The translations under genes and the position numbers were made by a program. Shown here in pieces: positions 47,101 through 59,024 of a stretch of DNA of 64,000 bases; positions within the stretch are counted from its first letter, which is position 1, and each line of letters begins with the position of its first letter. The notes under the pieces were generated by a model. It did no database searches. It was not told the origin of the DNA and saw only the letters and a program-made list of their open reading frames with translations. This DNA comes from Azolla caroliniana (taxonomy: Eukaryota > Plantae > Polypodiophyta): the NCBI GenBank assembly GCA_043228905.1, contig JBHGNT010000017.1:8308001-8372000 (forward strand), in the 5' to 3' direction.

Positions 47101-48178
47101 CGACTCCTTCATGACCGATCAAAGGTACCACAAGACAAAGGCCGATCACTGCGTGTTTGTGAAGATGTTCGAAGGAGGCGACTTCTTGATACTGCTTCTA
47201 TATGTGGACGACATGTTGATCGTCGGACGGGACCAAGCCAAAATACGAATGCTGAAGTAGGCTCTCAACCGAACCTTCTCAATGAAAGACTTGGGTCCGG
47301 CAAGACAGATGTTGGGGATGCATATCATCTGGAACCGGCCAAGGAAGCAACTATGGCTATCACAGGAGAAGTACGTGACAAAGGTGCTTCAACGGTTCAA
47401 CATGTCAGATGCGAAACCGGTCGGATCGACACTTTCAGCAAATTGCAGGTTATCCAGTAAGCAAAGCCCGAAGACGAAAGCAGAGAAGGCGGATATCATG
47501 AAGGTTCCATATGCCTCTGCTGTCGGGAGCTTAATGTACGCAATGGTGTGTACTCGACCAGATATTGGATACGCAATCGGAGTGGTGAGCCGGTTTATGA
47601 GCAATCCCGGCAAGGAGCACTAGAACGCAGTCAAATGGATACTCCGGTACTTGAAGGGCACTTCGAACATGTGTCTCCGATTCGGCTCCGGTAAACCTCA
47701 ACTTGACGGTTTTACCGATTCGGACATGTCGACTGATGTGGATACCAGCCGGTCTACATCCGGGTATGTAATGACATATGCAAGGGGAGCCGTTTTGTGG
47801 CAGTCGAGGCTGCAGAAGACGGTTGCGCTATCAACCACGGAGGCGGAGTACATGGCGGGTGTGGAAGCCGGCAAGGAAATATTATGGATGAAGGACTTCA
47901 TCGGAGAACTCGGTATCCAGCAAGATGAATACTGGTTCTACTACGACAGTCAAACTGCCATCTACCTTGCTAAGAATGCGGTCTACCATTCCCGGACAAA
48001 GTATATCCAGCGAAGGTATCACCGGATCCGGGAAAGAGTAGATGACCAAGTGTTCATGCTGACGAAGATCCACACGGTTGAGAACGGGTCAGATATGCTG
48101 ACCAAAGTACTGATACCTGACAAGCTGGATGCATGCCGGAAGCGGGTCGGACTAGTAAGACATCACATGCCGGAGTGA
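44132..48178 (+). pseudogene. gag-pol: B2 gag-pol with multiple stops
   Basis: ORFs 44060-44695, 45137-45574, 45587-46396, 46586-47260, 47282-47623, 47651-48178 (PYASAVGSLMYAMVCTRPD). Confidence 0.92.
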
Positions 48179-48869
48179 AGGGGGAGTTTGTTAGGAAACA
48201 GGTCCCTCCGAATGGGAAGTGGGAAGACCCGGTGAGAACCGGATGAGGAGTACCTGGAAACGGAAGACCCGGCGAGAACTAGATGAGGAGTACCCGGCTA
48301 CGGAAACCCGGTGAGAACCAGATGTGGTGTACCCGGCAAGCGCCGGATGATGAGTACCCGGCTACGGAAAACCCGGTGAGAACCGGCTGAAGTGTGCCCG
48401 GCAAGCGCCGAATGATGCAGACCCAGTGAAAAGTGCTCACCAGATGAAGGGACATATTTGTAAATAGCCGAAAAGTCATATTAGTATAAATATGACTTAG
48501 GGCAAACAAAGAATAGAGATGTTATTGTTATTCTTGTTGGCGCAAGATTAGTGCGCGCAACTGGATACAGAGAGAGTGAGAGAGAGGAAGAGGTCGTTGC
48601 CTCTATTGTAATCACCGCCTGTGGCGAAGATAGAAAGCTCAAGGTCGTTGCTTCGGTGCTTTACCATTTTGTAAATTCTGACATAGTGATAGTTTGCAGT
48701 CTTTGGGTTGCCGTGGTTTTTCCCATATTTGGGTTTCCCACATAAACATCCTGTGTACTCTTCTCTTCACTGTGTAGTGCCTTCATTCCCTGTTTTTCTA
48801 TGTTTTATGATTCTAAGCTCGGTTGTGGCCGAGCGTTGTTCATCGGGAGCGTGTGTTCCTTTCACAAAC

Positions 48870-50664
48870 TGGTATGAGAGCTTGAGGTGGAAGCATGGAA
48901 GGAGGTGTGAGTGGCTTCCTAGGAATGATGCTTCTAAACTCTCAGAACTATGCAGACTGGAAGATAAAGATGGAGGACCTTCTCATATTCAAAGACCTGT
49001 ACGAATCGATCGATAGAGCAGAAATACCCACGGGGGTATTGGAGTCGGAATGGAAACTTCTTAACAAAAAGGCGGTGGCCACCATCTGATAGTGCGTCGA
49101 TGTAAGTGTCCTTCAGGATGTGGCAAACGACTGAAATGCCCATGAGATGTGGTAGCAACTGTCAGGTCTATATGAGAGGAAGAACGCCCTCAATAAAACC
49201 TCACTGATGAAAAAGATTGTACGATTGAAATACAGAGACGGTGAGAGCATTGTCAAACACATCAACACATTCATGGGGTATGTAAATCAACTTGTTGCAA
49301 CCAAGTTCCCCCTTGACGATGCTATGTAGGCCATCCTGCTAATGTGCACACTATCGGATAGCTGGGAGAACCTGGTGGTTATTCTCAGCACCTCTTGTCA
49401 AGAAGAGAACTTGTCTTTACAAGCAGTGAAGACAAGCATCCTGAATGAGGAAGAGACAAGGGTTTCCTAGTCCAGTCGGAGTCAAATTTGACTCAACACA
49501 TCGGTAGAGGAAGGAACCAGCAAAGAAGTCTACCAACGAGAGAAAAGTCTCAAGCCAGGTCGAAGTTCAGAGGTAAGCTCGCATGCTTTTATTGTGGAAA
49601 TCCTGGAGATTTCCAGAAGGACTGCTGACACCTCAAGAAGGAAAAGAGTGTCAGTAATAATGTCGAAACTAGGAAGAATCCTAAAGAAAAGAACATTTCA
49701 GCCATTGCTACAAGCAATGAAGAACACTTGTTTATTTGTGAACAGACGAGTGCAAATCTTGCAAGTGAAGAATGCACTTGGGTAATCGATTCTGGTGCTT
49801 TCTTCCACATAACTTTGTTGAGAGAGTACTTCTCGACTTACAAAGCCGGTAATCATGGTTATGTAAAGATGGGTGACAGTGGGGAGTGAAAGATAGCCGG
49901 AATCGGAAGTGTCTGCCTGACGACGTCGACAGGGTGTTCACTGACTTTGAAGGATGTTCGACATGTCCCCGATATGAGATTGAATCTGATATCGACTAGA
50001 AGACTGAATCTGATATGAGATTGAATCTAATTGAATCTGATATCGACTAGAAGACTGAATCCGATATGAGATTGAATCTGATTGAATCTGATATGAGATT
50101 GAATCTGATTGAATCCGATATGAGATTGAATCTAATACCTCGGGTGTGTGTCTTAAGTATGATGTCGGAAATCCCATGCTCAAAGGGTTTACCAACTCGG
50201 ACATGTCGGGGGATGTAGACTCAAGCCGATCCACGTGAGGGTATGTGATGACCTATGCAGGGGGAGCAGTGTCGTGGCAGTCACGACTGCAGAAGTTTGT
50301 GGCTTTGTCGACCACAGAGGCAGAGTACATGGCAACGATAGATGCCAACAAGGAGATGATTTGGATGAGAAGCTTTCTCAGTGAGTTGGGGACAAAGCAA
50401 AGGGATTTATTGCTTCATTGTGACAGCTAGAGTGCCATACATCTAGCCAAGAATGCTGCATACCACTCTCGGACCAAGCACATACAGAGAAGGTATCACT
50501 GGTTACAGGAGAAAGTCGAAGAAGGAGAGTTTACCTTCGTGAAGCTCCATACTGATGACAATGGATCCAACATGCTGACAAAGAACCTACAGATGGACCG
50601 ACTTCAAGCCTGCGACAAAGGACAGGAATAATGGACTCCTCCCCACAGGAGTGAAGGGGGAGTT
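48870..50664 (+). pseudogene. gag-pol: C internal region: PBS, gag-PR joined to RNase H (INT and RT deleted), PPT
   Basis: PBS TGGTATGAGAGC at 48870; gag 48895-49785; PR to ~50000; RNase H ~50137-50650; PPT GAAGGGGGAG. Confidence 0.85.
49971..50136. repeat. Patchwork of short templated repeats at the C deletion junction
   Basis: Iterated GATATGAGATTGAATCT, GATTGAATC and GATATCGACTAGAAGACTGAATC blocks. Confidence 0.88.
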
Positions 50665-51640
50665 TGTTAGGAATATGTCCCCCCAGTGGGAGGAGCTGAC
50701 TACTTAGAGAGAGCCGACAGTCGAAGACAGGGAGGAACCGACTAATTGGATGAGAGCCAATGGTTGAGGAGTTGACTCAAAGAGAGTTGATCAAGGTTGA
50801 AGACACACTAGCTAGTCGGGCCGACTGGATGGTCGATGACTAGCTTGACTAGTTGGACTACCCCGATAGTCGACGAATAAGTTGGCTACTTAGTAAGGTT
50901 ATTATCATTATTATTGGATAATAATAATGGCCATGATTGTAAATAGCCCATTCTGTGTATTAGTATAAATACACCTAGGGCAAACAGAGATAGAGAGAGA
51001 TAGATGTGTGAGCCTCTATAGTGTAGTGTAATAGAGAGGAGTGGTGTGTGAGAGCGGAAGATAGTGAGTGGCACCATAGTTGTGTTTAGAAATAGCATAC
51101 GCCAAGAGCCCTGAGAGTTGATCAAGGTCGAAGACACACTAGCTAGTTGGGCCGACTGGATGGTCGATGACTAGCTTGACTAGTTGGACCACCCCGATAG
51201 TCGACGAATAAGTTGGCTACTTAGTAAGGTTATTATCATTATTATTGGATAATAATAATGGCCATGATTGTAAATAGCCCATTCTGTGTATTAGTATAAA
51301 TACACCTAGGGCAAACAGAGATAGAGAGAGATAGATGTGTGAGCCTCTATAGTGTAGTGTAATAGAGAGGAGTGGTGTGTGAGAGCGGAAGATAGTGAGT
51401 GGCACCATAGTTGTGTTTAGAAATAGCATACGCCAAGAGCCCTGAGAGGCTATTTACACTTGAGTGTTGTACTCTCATCTCATTGTTGTATATCCATTGT
51501 ATAATGAAGCTCCGTTCTTCGTGGTTTTCTCCTGCTATAGGGTTTCCACGTTAAATCTGTGTACACTGTTTTTTTGTGCTTTAGAGTTGTGTATTTTAGC
51601 ATACTCTTTTGCTAGCAGATTGAAGAATCGTTTCTTAACA
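50665..51640 (+). repeat. 3' LTR of C with a 331-bp tandem duplication (50782-51448)
   Basis: TGTTAG...TTAACA; duplicated blocks start at 50782 and 51113 with GAGAG microhomology. Confidence 0.88.
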
Positions 51641-54600
51641 TATAATGAGTACATGGCATATCACTATGCGTACATGATGAAAGTGGCGGAAGTGCGTGAG
51701 CTGGAGAGATACGTAGAAGCAGCGAAAAACCCAAACTAGCGTGCCACGATGAAGGAAGAAATGCAGGCAGTCAATGCTAACGACACATGGGACCTGGTTG
51801 AGTCTCCCCCACACGTCAAACTGATCGGCTGCAAGTGGGTATACAAGGTAAAGTATAACGCCGACGGTTCAGTCAACCTATACAAGGCTTGACTAGTGGC
51901 AAAAGGATATGCACAGATCCATGGAATCGACTACGACGAGACCTTCGCTCCGGTAGTGAAGATGACGATGGTTTGTGTGGTGTTGGCAGGTGTTGCGGCA
52001 AGGGGGTGGCATCTTCACCAAATGGACGTGAAGAATGCGTTTCTTCAAGGAGACCTTGGAGAACAAGTCTACATGATTCAGTCCCCCGGATTTCAGTCGT
52101 AGATGAACAAGTCGGCAATGTGCCGACTCAAGAAGTCGCTTTATGGCCTGAAGCAAGATCCCTGTGCTTGGAATTTGAAGATAACACACTTGTTGCGTAA
52201 GATGGGGTTTGCGGCCTCGAAGTTCGACTCTTCGTTGTTCATCGGAACTCATCCGAAAGGTCCGGTATGCATTTTGTTGTATGTCAAGTGACACTATGTG
52301 CTGAATATGTTGTATGATTTCGGCGTGACCGATTGTTGACTGTTCTCAACACCTCTTGACCAGAATCAGAAGCTATGTCCTGACTCCAGACTGGTCTGCA
52401 ATGAAACATGGTTCTGACAAATTGTTGGAAACCTAATCTATCTTACTATCACCCGACCCGACATCAGCTATCCGGCCGGGGTGATCAGTCAGTTTATGCA
52501 GTGCCCAACCAGCGAGCACCTTTAGTGTGTGCATGGACTATTGACATATGTGAGCGGCACTAAGGATCAAGGACTGTTGTACCGACATGATATAACCAAA
52601 CAATTAGTCGGTTATATAGATGTCGACTGGGTCGGTGATGCGTCAGATCGTCGGTCAACATCCGATTTTCATGTTTTCTCTAGGTAGCGTGGCTATTGCG
52701 TGGAGCAGTAAGAAGTCGCCGACAGTGGCTCTGTCGAGCGTTGAAGCTGAGTATCGAGGAGCTACCATCGCGACTTGTGAAGCCATATGGCTTCGGAAGT
52801 TGCTACAAGACCTCCGGATCGAAGTGCCGACTCCGATCTCGATCTACTCCGACAACATAAGTAACATGTAGCGGACCAAGAACACCGTATTTCATGCTCG
52901 CACAAAGCACATAGAAGTGCATTAAACCACTTTGTGTGCGAGCCACTCTAGTATGTTCGAATGGATCGGTAGGTTGCCGACACCTTCACCAAGCCACTTG
53001 GATCGGACAAGTTCCAACATTTTTCAGAGATCCTTGGGCTACAACATCTCGACATGCCGCACTTGGGGGAATAATTAGAACAAGAACCGGAACAGGTAAA
53101 GGCTCTGGAGAAGCAACCAGAAACAAGGAGGAAAAGACCAAAATAGGGGGAGACAAGAAGAAAATGGAAGCCGAGTTGATTGAAGAAGTCGAGACATCTG
53201 AAAATTGTTAGGAAACAGGTCCCTCCGGATGAGGAGTACCCGGCTACGGATGACCCGGTGAGAACCGGATGATGAAGATCCGGTGAGAACCAGATGAGGA
53301 GTACCCAGCTACGGATGACCCGGAGAGAACCGGATGATGAGCGCCCGGCAAGCGCCGGATGATGCAAGCCCGGTGAAGAGTGCTCACCGGATGAAGGGAC
53401 ATATTTGTGAATATGTTTCTGAGAGTTCATCGGGGCTATATTTGTAGATAGCCGAAAAGTCATTTTAGTATAAATATGACTTAGGGCAAACTGTTGTTCA
53501 TGTCTGTGAGGGTTGTTGTCATTCTTGTTGTTGTAAGATTAGAGCGCGTAATAGTGTATAGAGAGAGTGAGAGAGAGGAAAAGGTCGTTGCCTCTGTTGT
53601 AACCGCCGCCTGTGGTGAAGATAGCAAGCTCGAGGTCGTGGCCTTGGTGCTTTTCTATTGTACATTCTGATATAGTGATAGTTTGCGGTCTGTAGGCTGT
53701 CGTGGTTTTTCCCGAGTTTGGGTTTTCCACATAAACATCCTGTGTACTCTTCTCTCTATTGTGTTGTGCTTTCATTCCCTGTTTCCTGTGTTTGATTCTA
53801 GGCTCAGTTGTGGCCGAGCGCTGTTCATCGGAGTGTGTAGTTCCTGTCAAAGTGGTATCAGAGCAAAACGACACAGAAAATGGACGATTCGTTGGGAGAC
53901 ATGTTCAAGATCACCGACTCCAACTATTCGGTGTGGAAGTCGAAGATGAGGGACATGCTCGTGGTTAAAGATCTTTGGTTGCCGGTTCAGTTCGGGGACA
54001 AGAGACCGGACAAAATCGACGCCACGATATGGGAGGTGATGCACATGAAGACAACATCTAACATACGGTGCCTCATCGACATGAGCCTATATAACAACTT
54101 CAATGAAAAGAGAAAGGCTCATGAGCTCTGGGAGAAGATCGGCATTATGTTTCAAAACAAAAATGTTGTTAACCAGGTTTCGGTATTCCGGAAGCTAGTA
54201 AGACTCTGGTACCATGATGGCTCCAGCATGGCGGAGCACATGAATGCCTTCCAGGGGTTGATACACTAGGCAACATCATTGGAAGTACCTCTTGCCGATG
54301 AGGTACTAGCGCTACTCCTGCTCGGTTCCCTCCCGGATAGTTGGGAGACATTGGTTGTCACTTTGGGCAATGTCGGGCCGGAAGGGAAACGATTATCCCT
54401 AGCAAGAGTGAAGTCGAGCTTGCTAGATGAGGAGGCGCGTCGGAAAGAGAGGATCGAGGATATGAGCTCCAACTCCAAAGCGCTCCTTACCGAATCGGAA
54501 TGCGGAAGACAAAGGAATCGTAGTCCCTAGAACCGGGAGAAGTCGGAGACACGGTCAAAGTCAAGGGGGAGGCCTACCTGCTTCTATTGCGGCAAGCCGG

Positions 54601-57600
54601 TACACTTCCAGAAGAACTGTCGACACTTCCGAAAAGACAAGGAAACCAACGATACCGATTCAAAGCGGACACCGGACCGGAACGGTAAAGACCGGAGGGG
54701 GTCGCACATGAAGGGAACGACGGCAATCGCGGCAAGTGAAGAAGAGTTGATGCTCATCACCGAGGAGAGTGAGATAAACCTTGTCGGCGACAAGATGACC
54801 TGGGTGGTCGACTACGGAGCGTCGTTCCACGTTACCCCGGACCGGAAATGCTTCTCATCCTACTCAGCCGGTGATCACGGCTGTGTCCGGATGGCGAATG
54901 AAGGTACATGCCAAATTGTCGGCATAGGAGACGTGTGGCTAACAACACCAACCGGATGCAAGCTGCTACTAAAGGATGTTCGACACGTTCCGGAGGTTCG
55001 TCTGAATCTGATATCAGCCGGTCGACTAGATGATGAAGGCTACACGGGTAGCATCCGGAATGGTGTTATGAAGTTCAGCAAAGGGAGCCTGATTCTGGCT
55101 CGGGCCCGGAAGGTAAACACACTGTACTTGATGAATGCCCGGTTATGTTCGGAGGAAGTGAACATGGCATCTGACACTGCCGGTGAGTTGTGGCACAAAA
55201 GGTTGTGTCACATGAGTGAGCTGGGGATGAAGAGGCTTGCAGACGACAACCTCATTCCAGTGAAGAACGTGCACTTGGAGAAGTGCACTGATTGTCTGGC
55301 CGGTAAACAAAACAGGACCTCCTCCCGATCGAGGCCACCGATGAGACGTAATGCACCACTGGAGTTGGTGCATATTGATGTATGTCAAGTGGACACGAAG
55401 TCACATGTCGGATCGCAATACTTCGTGACATTCATAGATGACCACAACCGGAAGCTGTGGGCCACACCATTGAAGACGAAGGATCACGTGTTGTCCGTCT
55501 TCAAAGAGCTCCACACGAGAGTGGAAAGAGAAACCAGCTGGAAGCTGAAGGCGGTTCGAGCAGATAACGGAGGTGAATACCGGCGGCAGTTCGAGGAGTA
55601 TTGTCACTCGAAGGGAATCCGGCTCAAATTTACCGTGCCGAAGACGCCGGAACTAAACGGGTTGGCCGAGAGGATGAACCGGAACGTAATGGAGAGGGTC
55701 CGGAGTATACTGACGCATGCAAAACTACCCAAGAAGTTTTGGGCTGAGGCACTATCGACGACGACATATGTGATAAACAGATCACCCTTAGTACCCTTGG
55801 ACGGAGACACGCCACAAAGAGTGTGGACCGGTAAGGAAGTGTCCTACCGGCACCTGAAGGTATTCGAGTGTCTTGCGTATGTGCATGTAGCTTAGGACCA
55901 GAGAGGAAAACTAGATCCGAAGACCCGGCCATGCATTTTCCTCGGTTACGGCGACGATGAGTTCGGCTACCGAATGTGGGACCTGGTCGACAAGAAGGTA
56001 TTCCGGAGTCGAGATATTATCTTCATGGAGGACAAGACGCTCGCCAACTCGGAGTCGAAGAAGAAGATAATGAACTCTGAGTCGACCGGTAAGGATCAAT
56101 TCGACGATGAGCAGACCCAACCGGCAAGAGACCGGTTAGCACTCGAGGAACCAGCCGGTTACGGTGAGGATACCGAACCGGCAGAAGAAGAAGTAGAGGA
56201 AGCTGGAACCGGAACCGGCCAAGACCCCGAATCGGATTCGGATGAAGATCAAATAGAGGAGCCGGTTCCCGAAAGCTAAAGACGGAGATATCCTCTAAAA
56301 GAGAGAAGGGCCCCCTGTAGATTTCCGGATGCAAGGCATTTGCTGCTAACCGATGAGGGGGAGCCAGAAAGCTTCGAAGAAGCGAAGGATGACACCCACA
56401 GCCGGAAATGGTTAAGTGCCATGCAGGATGAGATGGATTCCCTGCATGAGAACCATACGTACGAATTGGTGGAGTTGCCGAAAGGTAAGCGAGCACTCCG
56501 AAACAAGTGGCTGTACAAGTTGAAACCGGGAGATGCCAGCAACCCCCCGAGATACAAAGCCAGGATCGTGGTGAAGGGGTTCCAGCAGAAGAAGGGCGTG
56601 GACCTCGACGAGATATTTGCCCTTGTAGTAAAGATGACCTCCATCCGGATGGTGCTCAGTATAGTGGCAAGCATGGAACTCGAGGTAGAGTAGTTGGACG
56701 TGAAGATGAAATTCCTTCACGATGACCTCGAAGAGGAGATCTACATGCAGAAACCGGAAGGATTCGTGGAGAAAGGGAAGGAGCACCTGGTATGCCGGTT
56801 GAAGAAGAGCTTGTACGGACTGAGGCAGGCTCCCCGACAATGGTACCGGAAGTTCGACTCCTTCATGACTGATCAAGGGTACCACAAGACGAAGGCTGAT
56901 CACTGCGTGTTTGTGAAGAAGTTCGGAGGAGGCGACTTCCTGATACTGCTTCTGTACGTCGACGACAATGGTGTGTACCCAACCGGATATTGGATACGCA
57001 GTCGGAGTGGTGAGCCGGTTCATGAGTAATCCTGGCAAGGAGCACTGGAACGCGGTCAAATGGATACTTCGGTACTTAAAAGGGCACTTCAAACATGTGT
57101 CTCCGATTCGGCTCCGGTAAACCTCAACTCGACGGTTTTACCGATTCGGACATGTCGGCTAATGTGGATACCAGCCGGTCTACATCCGGGTATGTAATGA
57201 CATATGCAGGGGGAGCTGTTTCGTGGCAGTCGAAGCTGCAGAAGACAGTTGCGTTGTCAACCACAGAGGTGGAGTACATGGCAGCTGTGGAAGCTGACAA
57301 GGAAATATTATGGATGAAGGACTTCATCGGAGAGCTCAATATCCGGCAAGATGAATACCGGCTCTATTGTGACAGTCAAAGTGCCATCCACCTTGCTAAG
57401 AATTTGGCCTACCATTCCCGGACGATGCATATCCAACGTAGGTATCACTAGATCCGGGAAAGAGTAGATGACCAGGAGTTCGGGCTGACGAAGATCCACA
57501 CGGCCGAGAACGGGTCAGATATGCTAACCAAAGTACTGACACCTGACAAGCTGGATGCATGTCGGAAGCGGGTCGGACTAGTAAGACACCCCATGCCGGA

Positions 57601-58470
57601 GTGAAGGGGGAGTTTGTTAGGAAACAGGTCCCTCCGGATGAGGAGTACCCGGCTACGGATGACCCGGTGAGAACTGGATGATGAAGACCCGGTGATAACC
57701 GGATGAGGAGGACCCGACTACGGATGACCCGGAGAGAACCGAATGATGAGTGCCCGGCAAGCGCCGGATGATGCAGGCCCGGTGAAGAGTGCTCACCGGA
57801 TGAAGGGACATATTCCACGTAAACATCCTGTGTACTCTTCTCTCTATTGTGTTGTGCTTTCATTCTCTGTTTTTTGTGTTTGATTCTAGGCTCGGTTGTG
57901 GCCGAGCGCTGTTCATCGGAGCGTGTAGTTCCTGTCAAAAATGTCGGAATGAGCAACGACGATGACAGAGTCAAGAAGGACGAGCCGACCAGAAGAAGAA
58001 GGCCAAAACCCGGACATGGTGTGATGTGGTAAAGGGCCTAAAGATTGAAGACGAACTGGAGACAACCAATTCGGACAAGAGCTGGAACGAATTAGAGGTA
58101 ACCCATTCAGAGGAGCCGAATCAACTAAAGGCCAAGCAGACAAGAAGGTAGCAGAAGTCGTCACCGACATAGAGGAACCGATAGATCGAGAAGTGTCGAA
58201 GTGGCAACAGTGAAAGAGTTGAGATGGGGCTTATGAGCACACAAGCCGACCGAGAAGGTCGAGGTGTGCGGAACTGGATGGGTCGCGGAAAGCAGGACCG
58301 GACGGGTTGAGGAGCGCGAGCAAGGTGGGAAAACGCCAGGAGGAGCCAGGGGGAAGGACCGGTAGACACTGACAATACGATCCAACCTCAAGTTGAGCTT
58401 GAGGGGGAGTGTTGAGCAAGCATGCTCAACATGATCCGGATTGGTTGAATAAGCCAAGATCCAGATCAGT
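51641..58470 (+). mobile_element. Copia A2, second part (RT, RNase H, 3' extension split by B3, PPT, first ~60 bp of the 3' LTR)
   Basis: RT 51896-52291, RNase H ~52620-53060, extension 53060-53205 + 57938-58400, LTR start TGTTGAGC at 58410. Confidence 0.85.
53206..57937 (+). mobile_element. Tork-like copia B3, TSD AAAAT
   Basis: LTRs 53206-53849 and 57615-57937 (the latter internally deleted); PBS 53853-53864; AAAAT at 53201-53205 and 57938-57942; RT deleted after YVDD (~56968). Confidence 0.93.
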
Positions 58471-59024
58471 GTCCCCATCTTATGCAATCGGTGCGTGATC
58501 TTCAAATTCCAAGCATAGGGGGCTTGCTTGAAGCTATAATGCAACTTCTTTAGTCGACATACTGCCGACTTGTTCACCTCCGACTGAAATTTGGGTGGTT
58601 GGACCATGTATACTTGTTCTTCAAGATCTCCTTGAAGAAAAGAGTTCTTCACATGCATTTGGTGGAGATGCCACCCCCTTGCCGCTGCGACGCCAACACC
58701 ACACAAACCGTCGTCATCTTCGCTACTGGTGCAAAGGTCTTGTCGTAGTCCATTCTGTGGATCTGCATGTATCCCTTGGCCACCAAATGGTCGACATTAT
58801 ACTTCACCTTATATACCTATTTTCAGTTGATCGGTTTGCAATCTTGGGGAGGGTCAACCAGGTCCCATGTGTCGTTGGCATCGAGTGCCCACATTTCTTC
58901 CTCCATGGCCGATTGCCATTTGGCATCCTGTGATGTCTTTGCATAGCTCTCCGGCTCATGGACTTCTACCACTTTCATCATGTACGCATAGTGGTGCATC
59001 ATGTACTCATTATATCCATACCGG
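58471..59024 (-). pseudogene. pol: Copia A5 RT fragment (host of E)
   Basis: YGYNEYMMHHYAYM...WDLVDPP and HQMHVKNSFLQGDL on minus. Confidence 0.85.

Larger units (their letters stand above)
28850..48864 (+). mobile_element. Tork-like copia B2, TSD CAAAC; 5' LTR (28850-29233 + 43802-44101) split by the LINE; 3' LTR 48189-48864
   Basis: CAAAC at 28845-28849 and 48865-48869; PBS 44105-44116; PPT ~48179-48188. Confidence 0.92.
15912..51640 (+). mobile_element. Tork-like copia element C, container for ~33 kb of nested insertions, TSD TATAA
   Basis: TATAA at 15907-15911 and 51641-51645. TGTTAGGAATATG at 15912 matches the start of the 3' LTR (50665). Remaining 5' LTR part at 28520-28846; internal region 48870-50664. 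Confidence 0.8.
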
